Of a DNA stretch of 58,356 nucleotides, positions 1 to 8,935 are shown piece by piece. The position numbers were made by a program, and so were the translations under genes. Positions within the stretch are counted from its first letter, which is position 1. Each line of letters starts with the position of its first letter. Source of the stretch: an uncultured Clostridia bacterium (GTDB lineage: Bacteria > Bacillota > Clostridia > Oscillospirales > CAG-272). The notes beneath the pieces are model-generated. The model was not told where the DNA came from. It was given only the letters and a program-made list of their open reading frames with translations, and made no database searches. The DNA lies in the NCBI GenBank assembly GCA_947302045.1, contig CAMYUQ010000002.1:1-58356 (forward strand), read 5' to 3'.

Positions 1-39
1 TCATGGGCACTTTTGGAGATTACTTTCCATAATGTTTAA

Positions 40-204
40 CTATCCATAAGTCGCCGCGTCATCCACGGCGATGACCGTTCCTTCCGTTCCGGGCGGAACC
101 GGGCGCGGATCGCTGCCCATCTGAATCAGGCGGACTCTCGTGCCGGACGGATAGTTCGTTCTTAACCGTTCGGCGGTGCGTCGTAACATTTCCCATTCGT
201 TCAT
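40..204 (-). CDS. DUF4314-like small protein (54 aa), mobile-element associated
   Basis: Below the 60-aa track cutoff. Hand translation of the reverse strand gives MNEWEMLRRTAERLRTNYPSGTRVRLIQMGSDPRPVPPGTEGTVIAVDDAATYG*. AGGAGG lies at 211-216 (complement). ATGA start/stop overlap with the upstream gene. The YPxGTRVxL...PPGTxGTVxxVDD pattern matches my recollection of DUF4314 from Firmicutes conjugative elements. Confidence 0.6.
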   Translation of the reverse strand: MNEWEMLRRTAERLRTNYPSGTRVRLIQMGSDPRPVPPGTEGTVIAVDDAATYG

Positions 205-947
205 GTGATACCTCCTATTTCGATTGTTTCTTCGGGTGTTTCGGTTGCGCTTTCCAGCATTTGTTCTACCTCAAAGGGAACGTGGTCGTTGTCCACGTGG
301 ATGTCCTCGTCAAAGAAAACGGTGTACCAATAGTTGTATGGAATAACCGTTTTCATGATTCCATCATCTCTCTCGGTCATGGAATCGTTATGGTTCACCA
401 CGCCGAATGGGGTGATGAGACTGGACCCGTAATGCTCCCCGGAAGAGGAAAGGTCGAGATCGACAAGCCCCGGATAGATAGCTCCGTCTTTTCCCTGTAT
501 GACGGCGGGGAAGGTGACAAACCCCATGTCCCGTACCGCAAAGGAGATCCCGTATGTTTTCACATACTCCCCATGGATCTGTTTGAGGATTTCCGTTGCA
601 TAGTTCAGATCCCGCTTTTTGTATTCATGACCGAGATCCCGCCAGTTGATGTTGCGGATCACGTTCTCGTTGACCGACCGCAGGAATTCATCCCGCAGTT
701 TCATGCAGTTGAATTCATACCCTTCTTTCTGCGTCAGGGGACGGAAATAGTCCTGCGTGACGGAAAGACAAAGATGTTTTCCGTTTTCTGTCCGGGCGCG
801 GATGTTTCCGGCATCGTCCACGAACGCAACGCGGGCAACGTGATCCTCGTTCAGGTGTTCTTCTCCGAATTCGTCCTGCTCTTTGAGAAGCAGGTACATT
901 CCGGGGAGATACCGTTTTTGGATGATTTCGATCTCCTCTTGCGTCAT
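201..947 (-). CDS. hypothetical protein with DUF4314-like N-terminus (mobile-element cargo or accessory)
   Basis: ORF 201..1049. I prefer the internal start MTQEEIEIIQKRYLPG at 947, which has AGGAGGT 6 nt upstream (953-959 complement); the ATG at 1049 has no SD. The N-terminal 60 aa resemble the neighbouring DUF4314-like protein. The rest is not recognised. Confidence 0.55.
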   Translation of the reverse strand: MTQEEIEIIQKRYLPGMYLLLKEQDEFGEEHLNEDHVARVAFVDDAGNIRARTENGKHLCLSVTQDYFRPLTQKEGYEFNCMKLRDEFLRSVNENVIRNINWRDLGHEYKKRDLNYATEILKQIHGEYVKTYGISFAVRDMGFVTFPAVIQGKDGAIYPGLVDLDLSSSGEHYGSSLITPFGVVNHNDSMTERDDGIMKTVIPYNYWYTVFFDEDIHVDNDHVPFEVEQMLESATETPEETIEIGGIT

Positions 948-1323
948 GACATACCTCCTGCTGTTAGGGTTATTTCCATTGAAAAAGCCCCGAAGGTTTC
1001 GGGGTTGCTGATTGTGATTTTCATTTTTTCTTTTTGATCCTTTCTTCATTATTGTTTGCTACTCTTATGATAACGGCGGGGGAGGCGGACGAGAATGTAA
1101 AATTGCCTTGGTGATCATCTCCTTTTTCAGACATAGAAAATTAACAATTGAAAAAACGAAAAAAGGGTAGAATCGAGAGAAAAAATCTCTCAATTCTGCC
1201 CTCAAAAACGGGATTCGGAGGTTCAAATCCTTATCACATAGGCAAAACCCGCATTTGCATCTTTTTAGTTTCACGAAAAATCGATTTTCAAAAACGCGAG
1301 AAAAATGGAGCAAATACGAGAAA

Positions 1324-1346
1324 AACCGAGGAAAACCTCGGTTTTT
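1324..1346. terminator. bidirectional rho-independent terminator
   Basis: aaccgagg-aaaa-cctcggtt hairpin flanked by an A-run and a T-run. It sits just downstream of the 3' end of the tRNA on the minus strand. Confidence 0.6.
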
Positions 1347-1375
1347 CAGGATGCATCTTTTTTGGTTGCATAAGT

Positions 1376-1452
1376 TGGTGGACCATCAAGGGCTCGAACC
1401 TTGGACCAACCGGTTATGAGCCGGGGGCTCTGACCAACTGAGCTAATGGTCC
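1376..1452 (-). tRNA. tRNA with CAT anticodon, most like lysidine-type tRNA-Ile2 (elongator Met not excluded), CCA encoded
   Basis: Reverse complement is GGACCATTAGCTCAGTTGGTCAGAGCCCCCGGCTCATAACCGGTTGGTCCAAGGTTCGAGCCCTTGATGGTCCACCA. It folds as a cloverleaf with anticodon loop CTCATAA. The GGACC...GGTCCACCA acceptor and overall sequence resemble Bacillus tRNA-Ile(CAU). Confidence 0.85.
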
Positions 1453-1468
1453 TTTTCGGTCGGCTTCT

Positions 1469-1497
1469 ATTATATCGGATTTTTCCCGAAAAGTCAA
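1469..1497 (-). promoter_or_regulatory. sigmaA-type promoter of the tRNA(CAT) gene
   Basis: On the minus strand: TTGACT, 17 nt, TATAAT. The -10 element ends about 16 nt upstream of the tRNA 5' end. Confidence 0.6.
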
Positions 1498-1571
1498 GCC
1501 CTCGCCCGAATGTTTTTCGGCTTTTCTCGTCGCTTCCGAGAAAAATTGTCAAAAAAAGTTTCAAAAATCTA

Positions 1572-1600
1572 TTGACAAAGGAGAATCGGCGGTGTATAAT
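1572..1600 (+). promoter_or_regulatory. consensus sigmaA promoter for the T-box/trpB2 transcript
   Basis: TTGACA (1572-1577), 17-nt spacer, TATAAT (1595-1600). Confidence 0.75.
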
Positions 1601-1606
1601 GTTACA

Positions 1607-1880
1607 AACCGATGAGAAAGAAGAGTAGCAAAAAGGAACTCCTTTCAGAGAGCCGCCGGCGGTGTGAATGCGGCAAGGACGATTTTTGTGAATGGACTTT
1701 CGAGGGCGGACCGAACCGCAATGGGCTTGCGCAGTAGGATCCGACGGGGTGCGTTCCCGTTATCATCCACGCCGCATATCTGGGGTATGTGTTATGAGGG
1801 GAAGACCTGTTCTTCCAATCCGGGTGGCACCACGGAGAGATTCGTCCCGGCTATCGAGAGATAGCTCCGGGATTTTTTTC
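1607..1880 (+). promoter_or_regulatory. T-box riboswitch leader, tryptophan-specific (UGG specifier)
   Basis: Stem I AGAGA at 1647-1651. Candidate specifier GAA-UGG-A has UGG at 1693-1695. T-box core AAUCCGGGUGGCACCACGG is at 1817-1835. The UGGC bulge would pair with a G73-CCA acceptor end as in bacterial tRNA-Trp. Terminator stem at 1846-1871 is followed by T7 at 1873-1879. The downstream gene is a TrpB homologue. Confidence 0.8.
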
Positions 1881-1940
1881 TTCCATTTTTCCGAACCCCA
1901 AACCTAAATTTCAGCCGAATCAGGCAAAAAGGAGAAGTTT

Positions 1941-3314
1941 GTGATGGCAAACGAAAAGATCCCGTACAAGATCTATCTGGAAGAAAAGGAAATGCCACAA
2001 AGTTGGTATAACGTCCGGGCGGACATGAAAAAGAAGCCCGCTCCTCTGCTCAATCCCGGCACCGGTAAGCCCATGACCGCCGCCGAATTAGAGCAGGTAT
2101 TCTGCAAAGAACTCGTCGCGCAGGAACTCAACGAAACCGATCGGCTCATCCCGATCCCCGAAGAGATCCGCAATTTCTACCGGATGTACCGTCCCTCGCC
2201 GCTGGTGCGCGCCTACTGTCTGGAAGAAAAACTGCAAACCCCGGCGAAAATCTACTACAAGTTTGAAGGAAACAACACCAGCGGAAGCCACAAGCTCAAT
2301 TCCGCGATCGCGCAGGCATATTACGCCAAGAAGCAGGGGCTCAAAGGCGTTACCACCGAGACCGGCGCGGGTCAGTGGGGTACCGCTCTTTCGATGGCCT
2401 GCTCCTACTTCGGTCTGGACTGCAAGGTCTACATGGTGAAAGTTTCCTATGAGCAAAAGCCCTTCCGTCGGGAAGTGATGCGTACCTACGGTGCGTCGGT
2501 CACTCCCTCCCCTTCCACCGAAACCGAAGTCGGCAAGCGGATTCTCGAACAGTTCCCCGGCACGACCGGCAGTTTGGGATGCGCCATCTCCGAGGCGGTT
2601 GAGGCGGCAGTGACCCACGAGGGTTACCGCTACGTGCTCGGCTCGGTGCTCTCGCAGGTGCTCCTGCATCAGTCGGTGATCGGTCTGGAAACCAAAGCCG
2701 CGCTCGACAAATACGGCATCAAGCCCGATATCATCATCGGTTGTGCCGGCGGCGGTTCCAACCTCGGCGGTCTGATCTCTCCTTTCATGGGTGAAAAACT
2801 GCGCGGAGAGGCAGATTATCGGTTCATCGCGGTCGAGCCCGCAAGCTGTCCCAGTCTGACGCGCGGTAAATATCTCTACGACTTCTGCGACACCGGCAAG
2901 GTTTGCCCGCTCGCGAAGATGTATACGCTCGGAAGCGGATTCATTCCGGCTCCGAACCACGCCGGCGGGCTCCGTTACCACGGCATGAGCTCGATCCTCT
3001 CCGAGCTTTACGATCAGGGTCTTATGGAAGCCCGGAGCGTCAAGCAGACCGACGTCTTTGAAGCGGCGGAGGCATTCGCCAGAGTAGAAGGCATCCTGCC
3101 CGCTCCCGAAAGTGCGCACGCGATCCGTGCGGCGATTGACGAAGCGCTGAAATGCAAGGAGACCGGCGAAGAAAAGACCATCGTCTTCGGGCTGACCGGA
3201 ACAGGATATTTCGATATGTATGCCTACGAAAAGTTCCACGACGGCAAGATGACCGATTATATCCCCACCGACGAAGAGCTTGCCGCAAGCATCGCCAAAG
3301 TCCCACAGCTCTGA
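1941..3314 (+). CDS. trpB: TrpB2-type tryptophan synthase beta-like PLP enzyme (stand-alone, no trpA nearby)
   Basis: 457-aa ORF. Contains the PLP-lysine motif NNTSGSHKLNSA and the GAGQWG and GCAGGGSN glycine loops. The long N-terminal extension (PYKIYLEEKEMPQSWYN) is typical of the TrpB2 clade. GGAG at 1931-1934. Start is GTG 1941 or ATG 1944. Confidence 0.85.
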   Translation: MMANEKIPYKIYLEEKEMPQSWYNVRADMKKKPAPLLNPGTGKPMTAAELEQVFCKELVAQELNETDRLIPIPEEIRNFYRMYRPSPLVRAYCLEEKLQTPAKIYYKFEGNNTSGSHKLNSAIAQAYYAKKQGLKGVTTETGAGQWGTALSMACSYFGLDCKVYMVKVSYEQKPFRREVMRTYGASVTPSPSTETEVGKRILEQFPGTTGSLGCAISEAVEAAVTHEGYRYVLGSVLSQVLLHQSVIGLETKAALDKYGIKPDIIIGCAGGGSNLGGLISPFMGEKLRGEADYRFIAVEPASCPSLTRGKYLYDFCDTGKVCPLAKMYTLGSGFIPAPNHAGGLRYHGMSSILSELYDQGLMEARSVKQTDVFEAAEAFARVEGILPAPESAHAIRAAIDEALKCKETGEEKTIVFGLTGTGYFDMYAYEKFHDGKMTDYIPTDEELAASIAKVPQL

Positions 3315-3337
3315 TCTTTCAAAATTTTGTTCCAACG

Positions 3338-3380
3338 CCGGGCGTTCTTTCCCCTCCGAAAGAGCGTCCGGCTCTTTTTT
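3338..3380 (+). terminator. rho-independent terminator after trpB2
   Basis: 14-bp stem (3338-3351 with 3358-3371, two G-U pairs), loop ccctcc, followed by ctcTTTTTT. Confidence 0.65.
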
Positions 3381-3531
3381 AACCGCGCGGTTTGTGCAGG
3401 ATCTTCCAAATTTTCGGAAACCGTTTTTCCGTCCACCGTTCGCTTGGATTCGACAGGCGGAATGTGGTAGGATAGAGCCACGGGGAGCCGATATGCTCTC
3501 CCGAATATCAAAAAAAACGGAGGAATGCAAG

Positions 3532-4122
3532 ATGAAACGAACCGTATGCGGATTTTTAGCGGGCACAGCCCTCTGCCTCGGGGTGATCGGTTGCCGACAG
3601 CAACGGGAAACGGAAGTTTTGGAAGCACCGGCACAGCTCGATCAAACCGTTTCGACCGCCGGAACCGACGCAGAGCTGGCGGCATTTCTGGCCGACCTGG
3701 ATCGGGATCGCGCTCTCTATCTGGAATCGATCGAAACCGGGCTGAAAAGTGCCGCCCCGGAACGGAATTTTGAATTTGAAGAAAAGAACGGCGGGGTGAC
3801 CGTTACCGAATACATCGGTTCCGATCCCGACGTCACAGTCCCTGCCGTGCTGAACGGTCTGCCGGTCCTGACGGTCGGCGAAAACGCGTTCCGGGGAAAA
3901 AAGGTGAAAACCGTCGTCCTATCGGAAGGGATTCGCACGCTCGACTGGTTCGCGTTTTACGGCTGTACCGAGCTCCGATCGATCACACTCCCGGCAAGTC
4001 TTGCTCTGGTGGAATACGGTGCTTTTGACGGCTGCAATTCCACGCTGACCGTTCACTGCCCGATCGGCTCCTACGCGGCGACCTACGCCGTCAGCTGCGG
4101 AATGCACACCGAACAATCCTGA
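3532..4122 (+). CDS. lipoprotein with BspA-type leucine-rich repeats
   Basis: Start chosen at MKRTVCGFLAGTALCLGVIGC (lipobox VIGC), with GGAGG at 3519-3523. The C-terminal half has LRR_5-like repeats (VLNGLPVLTVGENAFRG..., IRTLDWFAFYGCTELRSITLPASL..., YGAFDGC). The 5' extension of track ORF 3280..4122 was rejected. Confidence 0.75.
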   Translation: MKRTVCGFLAGTALCLGVIGCRQQRETEVLEAPAQLDQTVSTAGTDAELAAFLADLDRDRALYLESIETGLKSAAPERNFEFEEKNGGVTVTEYIGSDPDVTVPAVLNGLPVLTVGENAFRGKKVKTVVLSEGIRTLDWFAFYGCTELRSITLPASLALVEYGAFDGCNSTLTVHCPIGSYAATYAVSCGMHTEQS

Positions 4123-4163
4123 GTTGCAAATGGGATTTCCTTTCGGAAATTTCCGAAAATCTC

Positions 4164-4192
4164 TTGACAAAAACGGCTTTTCGTTGTAAGAT
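4164..4192 (+). promoter_or_regulatory. putative ackA promoter
   Basis: TTGACA (4164-4169), 17 nt, TAAGAT (4187-4192). Confidence 0.4.
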
Positions 4193-4230
4193 TATAAAGG
4201 AATTTTTTGTTTCGGAAAGGAAAGAAACCC

Positions 4231-5436
4231 ATGAACATTCTGGTTATTAACGCAGGCAGTTCCTCGATCAAATATCAGCTGATCGATATGGATCGCGAAC
4301 AGGTGCTTGCAAAAGGACAGGCAGACCGTATCGGTATCGCCGGCGGCAACTTCAAGCATAAAGTTGAAGGTCGTCCCGATTACAAGATCGATATTCAGAT
4401 GAAGGACCACGGCGAAGCGGTCAAGCTGGTGCTCGACACGCTCACGACCGGAGAGACCGCCGTGATCAAATCCCTCTCGGAGATCTCCGCGGTAGGACAT
4501 CGCGTCCTGCACGGCGGCGAGAAATTCTCGGGCTCTGTCATCATCGACGAAAAGGTGATTGAGGCGATCGAGGAATGCTGCGAGCTCGGTCCGCTCCACA
4601 ACCCGCACAACCTGACAGGTATCCACGCCTGCGAAAAACTCATGCCGGGCGTTCCGCAGGTCGCCGTATTCGACACCGGATTCCATCAGACCATGCCCGA
4701 TTATGCCTACCTCTATGCCCTGCCCTACGAGTACTATGAAAAATATCACATCCGTCGCTACGGCTTCCACGGAACCAGCCACCGCTACGTCAGTATGCGT
4801 GCGGCGGAGATGCTCGGCAAAAAGCCGGAGGATCTCAAAATTGTGACCTGCCATCTCGGCAACGGTTCCTCGATCGCGGCTGTCAAGGGCGGCAAGTGCT
4901 ACGATACCACCATGGGACTGACTCCTCTGGAAGGCATCATCATGGGCACGCGCTGCGGCTCGATCGACCCCGCCATCGTTCCGCTCCTGATGAAGAAGGA
5001 AAATCTGACGCCGGATGAGATCGACCACATTATGAACAAGAAATCCGGCATTCTCGGCGTTTCGCAGACGACGAGCGACAACCGCGATATTGAAGAAGGC
5101 GCGAAAGCCGGCAACAAGCGGTATCAATTGGTGGAATCCATGATCGTGCATCAGCTCACCAAATATATCGGCGGTTACGCCGCCGCGATGGGCGGCGTCG
5201 ACGCGATCGTCTTTGCGGGCGGGATTGGCGAAAACAACCCGCAGTACCGCACCCGCGTTGCCGAAAATCTTGCGTTCCTCGGTGTCAAGATCGACGAAGA
5301 ACTCAACGCGAAGGCAAAACGCACCTCGGTGGAATACGATATTTCCGCTCCCGATGCGACCGTGAAAATGCTCGTCATCCCCACGAACGAGGAATGGATG
5401 ATCGCCAAGGACACCATGGATCTCGTCAGCAAATAA
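4231..5436 (+). CDS. ackA: acetate kinase
   Basis: MNILVINAGSSSIKYQL N-terminus, plus HRVLHGG, FDTGFHQTMP, RRYGFHGTSH and VPTNEE motifs. Start moved to ATG 4231, which gives the canonical N-terminus. Confidence 0.95.
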   Translation: MNILVINAGSSSIKYQLIDMDREQVLAKGQADRIGIAGGNFKHKVEGRPDYKIDIQMKDHGEAVKLVLDTLTTGETAVIKSLSEISAVGHRVLHGGEKFSGSVIIDEKVIEAIEECCELGPLHNPHNLTGIHACEKLMPGVPQVAVFDTGFHQTMPDYAYLYALPYEYYEKYHIRRYGFHGTSHRYVSMRAAEMLGKKPEDLKIVTCHLGNGSSIAAVKGGKCYDTTMGLTPLEGIIMGTRCGSIDPAIVPLLMKKENLTPDEIDHIMNKKSGILGVSQTTSDNRDIEEGAKAGNKRYQLVESMIVHQLTKYIGGYAAAMGGVDAIVFAGGIGENNPQYRTRVAENLAFLGVKIDEELNAKAKRTSVEYDISAPDATVKMLVIPTNEEWMIAKDTMDLVSK

Positions 5437-5451
5437 TCGCTTAAAAAACTC

Positions 5452-5490
5452 TCGCCGTTCATCTTTTCTCGGATGAACGGCGATTTTCTA
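5452..5490 (+). terminator. rho-independent terminator after ackA
   Basis: tcgccgttcatc / gatgaacggcga 12-bp stem followed by a T-rich tail. Confidence 0.7.
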
Positions 5491-5499
5491 TCGCAAAGC

Positions 5500-5529
5500 T
5501 TGACAACTCGTCGAAAAATATGCTATAAT
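5500..5529 (+). promoter_or_regulatory. sigmaA promoter of the antiporter gene
   Basis: TTGACA (5500-5505), 18 nt, extended -10 TGcTATAAT (5521-5529). Confidence 0.6.
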
Positions 5530-5581
5530 GTTAAGTTGTAGTGATTCGTGAATCATTTTATGCCGAGGAGGGGTTTCACAC

Positions 5582-6982
5582 ATGAAAATCGATATGGCGG
5601 GTTCGATGAGCATCGTCCTTGCCCTCGCCGTTACTCTGTTAGCCGGGCTTTTTATGTCCCGGCTCTCGAAAATCTGGAATTTGCCGGCCGTGACCGCTTA
5701 TCTGGTCGCGGGAATCCTGATCGGTCCTTTTTGTCTCGGGCGGTTGGGGATCCCGGGGCTCGGATTTTCGAGCGGCGAAGCGGTTGCAAAATTCGGCATC
5801 ATTTCGGACGTTGCGCTCGGCTTTATCGCCATTGCAATGGGAAATGAATTCCGTCTCTCGGAACTGAAAAAAATCGGTAAGAAGGCGGTTGTGATCGCCG
5901 TTTTGCAAGCGTTGACCGCGACTCTTTGCGTGGACGTTGCGTTGTTTCTGCTTCACCTTGCCATGCCGGACAAATTGCCGGTATCGGTCGTTCTGACCCT
6001 GGGAGCGATTGCAACGGCGACCGCTCCGGCGGCAACGCTGATGGTGGTGAAGCAATACAAGGCGGAAGGACCGCTCACCAAATTGTTGCTCCCGGTCGTC
6101 GCGCTCGACGATATGGTGGGGCTGATCGTCTTTGCCATTTCTTTCGGCATTGCAAAGGCAATGGAACGCGGAGAATCGGTTGACGCCATTTCGGTGTTGG
6201 TCAACCCTCTGATCGAGGTACTGGCGTCTCTTGCCGTCGGCGCACTGCTCGGAATCCTCTTCCATTTCTCGGAACGGTTCTTCTATTCGAGAAGCAAGCG
6301 GATGAGCATTTCGGTTGCGTTTGTATTTTTGGCGGTTGGCTTATCGCAGATACATCTTCACATCGGTCGGGTGGAGATTGGATTCTCTTCCCTGCTCGTT
6401 TGCATGATGCTCGGAACGGTCTTCTGCAACCTCTGTCCGTTCTCGGAAGAACTGATGGAGCGCATCGACCGCTGGGAGGGGCCGCTCATGGTTCTGTTCT
6501 TTGTCCTCTCAGGCGCCGGACTGGAACTGAACGTATTCGGCAGCGGCGCGGTTATCCTGATCGGCGTTCTGTTCATCCTGTTCCGGTCGATCGGAAAGAT
6601 CGGAGGCGCCGCGATCTCCGCAAAAATGATGAAATGCGAACCGCAGGTGCAGAAATATTTGGGCATTACCCTTTTGCCGCAGGCAGGCGTTGCGCTCGGA
6701 ATGTCGATCATCGCCATGCAGGAACTTGACGGAGACGCGGGTCGCCTGATCCGCAACATCGCGCTGTTTGCCGTTTTGATCTACGAACTGGTCGGACCGC
6801 TTCTGACCAAGATCGCGCTCGACAAAGCCGGTGAAATTCGCGAAAAACCGCTCACGCCGCGCAGGAAAGCCAAGCTGATGGCAAAAGCAAAGAAAAACGG
6901 AACGCCGGTCGAGTTTGACGCGATCCCTGTCGGCGCCGATGCGAAAGAGGAAAAGAATCCCGATCCAACCGACTTTTCGTAA
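5582..6982 (+). CDS. cation:proton antiporter (Na+/H+ exchanger, CPA family)
   Basis: 466-aa polytopic membrane protein. The N-terminus SRLSKIWNLPAVTAYLVAGILIGPFCLG is typical of the Kef/NapA-type Na_H_Exchanger domain. Hydrophilic Lys-rich C-terminal tail. Confidence 0.75.
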   Translation: MKIDMAGSMSIVLALAVTLLAGLFMSRLSKIWNLPAVTAYLVAGILIGPFCLGRLGIPGLGFSSGEAVAKFGIISDVALGFIAIAMGNEFRLSELKKIGKKAVVIAVLQALTATLCVDVALFLLHLAMPDKLPVSVVLTLGAIATATAPAATLMVVKQYKAEGPLTKLLLPVVALDDMVGLIVFAISFGIAKAMERGESVDAISVLVNPLIEVLASLAVGALLGILFHFSERFFYSRSKRMSISVAFVFLAVGLSQIHLHIGRVEIGFSSLLVCMMLGTVFCNLCPFSEELMERIDRWEGPLMVLFFVLSGAGLELNVFGSGAVILIGVLFILFRSIGKIGGAAISAKMMKCEPQVQKYLGITLLPQAGVALGMSIIAMQELDGDAGRLIRNIALFAVLIYELVGPLLTKIALDKAGEIREKPLTPRRKAKLMAKAKKNGTPVEFDAIPVGADAKEEKNPDPTDFS

Positions 6983-7041
6983 TACCGGTTTGAAATCGTC
7001 CTTCCCCGTTTATCCCAATTCAGAACAGCAGGAGGCATCCG

Positions 7042-8139
7042 ATGAAAATGAACCGCATCCCCATCGTTTTTATCTGCGACGAAAACTATGCCATCCCGAC
7101 CGCCGTCGCCATAACTTCGTTGAAATTGAGCAAGCACAAGACGACGCAATATGACGTTTTCGTGATCGCCATGGGGATCAGCGAAGACAGCAAAAACCGG
7201 CTTCTGACGCTCGGCGATGAGGACTTTTCGGTTGCGATACTCGAAAAGAGCATGAGCGAAAAGCAAGCACGGATCGTGCAGGTTCGCGAGCGGGTCACGC
7301 ACGCGGCGCTTCTGAAATTCGACCTGCCCGGTCTTTTCCCGGATCTCGATAAACTGCTCTACCTGGATTCGGATATGCTGATCCAGAAAGACCTGACCGA
7401 GCTCTATCAAACCGAGCTGGGGGATGCCTACGCCGGGGTCGTGAACGACGCGATCACCATCTGGGACAAGGAACATCTGGAATTTCTGCAATTCAAAGAA
7501 CGGCTCTACTTCAACTCGGGAATGCTCCTCCTGAACCTCAAAAAAATGCGAGAAGATTCCCTGCCGGAAAAATTGCTCGACTATCGGCTCCATGGCATAA
7601 ACTTCTATATGGATCAGGATACGCTCAACGTCGTGTTTGCAGGAAACATCCGGCTCGTATCGCCGAAATACAACCTGCTGAATTGTTTTTTCATGTGGCA
7701 TAGCATTGAAGAGGTCGAAACCCTCTATCAAGTTGACTTTCCCCGTTGCGAGGAATTCATCTACCAGAACGCGGCAATTCTGCATTTCGGAGATGAAAAG
7801 AAGCCGTGGAGGCACTATATGGGCTATCTTTCCACGCTCTACAACGCCGTCTATAACCGTTCGCCTTACGCAGACAAGCCTTTGGTTCTGGAAGGCGATC
7901 CGCTCGTGGCATCCGAGGCCGTTCGCGTGGAGCAGGAACGCAGAATCGCAGAGCAGGATCGGCAGATCTTTGATCAGGCAAACTTCATAAACGATATGCA
8001 AAAATCCCTATCCTTCCGGATCGGGCGCGTGATCACATGGTTGCCGCGCAAATTGCGCGGCGGCGCGCGCTGCTTGCGGGAGAACGGATTTTCCTATACG
8101 CTGCGCCGTATCCCCGCGCATTTCACACACAAAAAATGA
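7042..8139 (+). CDS. family 8 glycosyltransferase (GT8)
   Basis: IPIVFICDENYAIPTAVAITS, LYLDSDMLIQKDL (DxD) and FNSGMLLLNLKKMRE motifs. AGGAGG at 7029-7034. Confidence 0.8.
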   Translation: MKMNRIPIVFICDENYAIPTAVAITSLKLSKHKTTQYDVFVIAMGISEDSKNRLLTLGDEDFSVAILEKSMSEKQARIVQVRERVTHAALLKFDLPGLFPDLDKLLYLDSDMLIQKDLTELYQTELGDAYAGVVNDAITIWDKEHLEFLQFKERLYFNSGMLLLNLKKMREDSLPEKLLDYRLHGINFYMDQDTLNVVFAGNIRLVSPKYNLLNCFFMWHSIEEVETLYQVDFPRCEEFIYQNAAILHFGDEKKPWRHYMGYLSTLYNAVYNRSPYADKPLVLEGDPLVASEAVRVEQERRIAEQDRQIFDQANFINDMQKSLSFRIGRVITWLPRKLRGGARCLRENGFSYTLRRIPAHFTHKK

Positions 8140-8147
8140 ATAACAAA

Positions 8148-8195
8148 CGGAACCGGGTCTGTTGCTTTTGCAACAGACCCGGTTCCGGTATTTTT
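8148..8195. terminator. bidirectional terminator between convergent GT8 and PHP genes
   Basis: Perfect 18-bp stem cggaaccgggtctgttgc / gcaacagacccggttccg (8148-8165 with 8170-8187), loop tttt, followed by a T-run. Confidence 0.8.
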
Positions 8196-8205
8196 GAAAT
8201 TCATT

Positions 8206-8913
8206 TCAGAAGCTCGGCATATCGGTCATGCCGTCGCGCTCCGCCGCACTGCCGGTACAGCGCAAGGTATAGGTGCGGTTTTGCAGAATCTGCACCAGTT
8301 GTTCCATGGAAAGCACCGGTTCTTCGGTGATGATCCCCCCGACGGTACCCGTTCCGATATGGTGGAAATCGGTTCCCGAGGTCGGGATCTTGCCGTATTT
8401 GCGGCACCATGCCAGCGCGATATCGTTGCGGGAATCGTGATGCGGATGCCCGTTGTAAATCTCGATCCCATCCAGATAATCCGGGTTCTGCACGACCATC
8501 TTATTGCGGAAAGGATGCGCCTGCACGACGAGCAGTCCGTTCTCTTTTGCCAGCGGATAAAAGGTTTTCGGTTCCATTTCAAACAGGTTCGGATGTTCGC
8601 GAACGAAAGATTCGGTCAGCCCGAAGACCAGATAATCGTTGTCGTTTCCGTGAAAGCGCAGTTCCATGCCGAGCAGGATATGCAGGTTCCCTTTTGCGTA
8701 GTCGCGCATTTTGTAGTAATCCGAAAGATAGAAATCAGCGCGTTCCTGCCAGGTCTCCCCGGCTCTCGGCAGATTCCGGTCGGTATAATGGTTGGTCAGC
8801 ACCAACGAGGTGTAGCCGTTTTTGACATACAGGTCAACGACCTCCTCCGGCGTATGATGCGCGCAGGAGCTGACGCCGCTCGTATGGGTATGCAATTCGG
8901 TTAAAAAAGGCAT
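8206..8913 (-). CDS. PHP-domain metal-dependent phosphoesterase
   Basis: N-terminal ELHTHTSGVSSCAHH (the HxH motif of PHP). Further His/Asp motifs: QAHPFR, IYNGHPHHDS, GTDFHH. Confidence 0.7.
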   Translation of the reverse strand: MPFLTELHTHTSGVSSCAHHTPEEVVDLYVKNGYTSLVLTNHYTDRNLPRAGETWQERADFYLSDYYKMRDYAKGNLHILLGMELRFHGNDNDYLVFGLTESFVREHPNLFEMEPKTFYPLAKENGLLVVQAHPFRNKMVVQNPDYLDGIEIYNGHPHHDSRNDIALAWCRKYGKIPTSGTDFHHIGTGTVGGIITEEPVLSMEQLVQILQNRTYTLRCTGSAAERDGMTDMPSF

Positions 8914-8935
8914 TATCTCATTGTTCTCCCTTTTT

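Noticed and set aside
1065-1118. 17-codon mini-ORF MITKAILHSRPPPPPLS (poly-proline stalling peptide?) upstream of the 201..947 gene.
   Set aside because: The only SD-like GGAG abuts the ATG with zero spacing. There is no independent support. It is most likely chance within the AT-rich junction region.
1211-1245. tRNA T-arm-like sequence GGAGGTTCAAATCCTTA on the + strand (possible att-site tRNA fragment).
   Set aside because: Only 4 bp of T-stem, with no acceptor or other arms. It is not similar to the adjacent tRNA(CAT) 3' end, so it cannot be the matching att repeat.
2088-3566. Very long antisense ORFs. Examples: 2088..3566(-), 4192..5151(-), 6781..8001(-), 10150..11484(+), 11509..12807(+), 15574..17448(+), 20945..22897(+), 24400..25503(+), 27320..28474(+), 30632..32245(+), 32245..33417(+), 49230..51278(-), 53854..55935(-), 56381..57532(+).
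   Set aside because: Each lies opposite a gene with clearly recognisable family motifs. The translations are Arg/Gly/His/Asp-rich with no motifs. No SD sequences precede them. They are shadow ORFs typical of GC-rich coding DNA.
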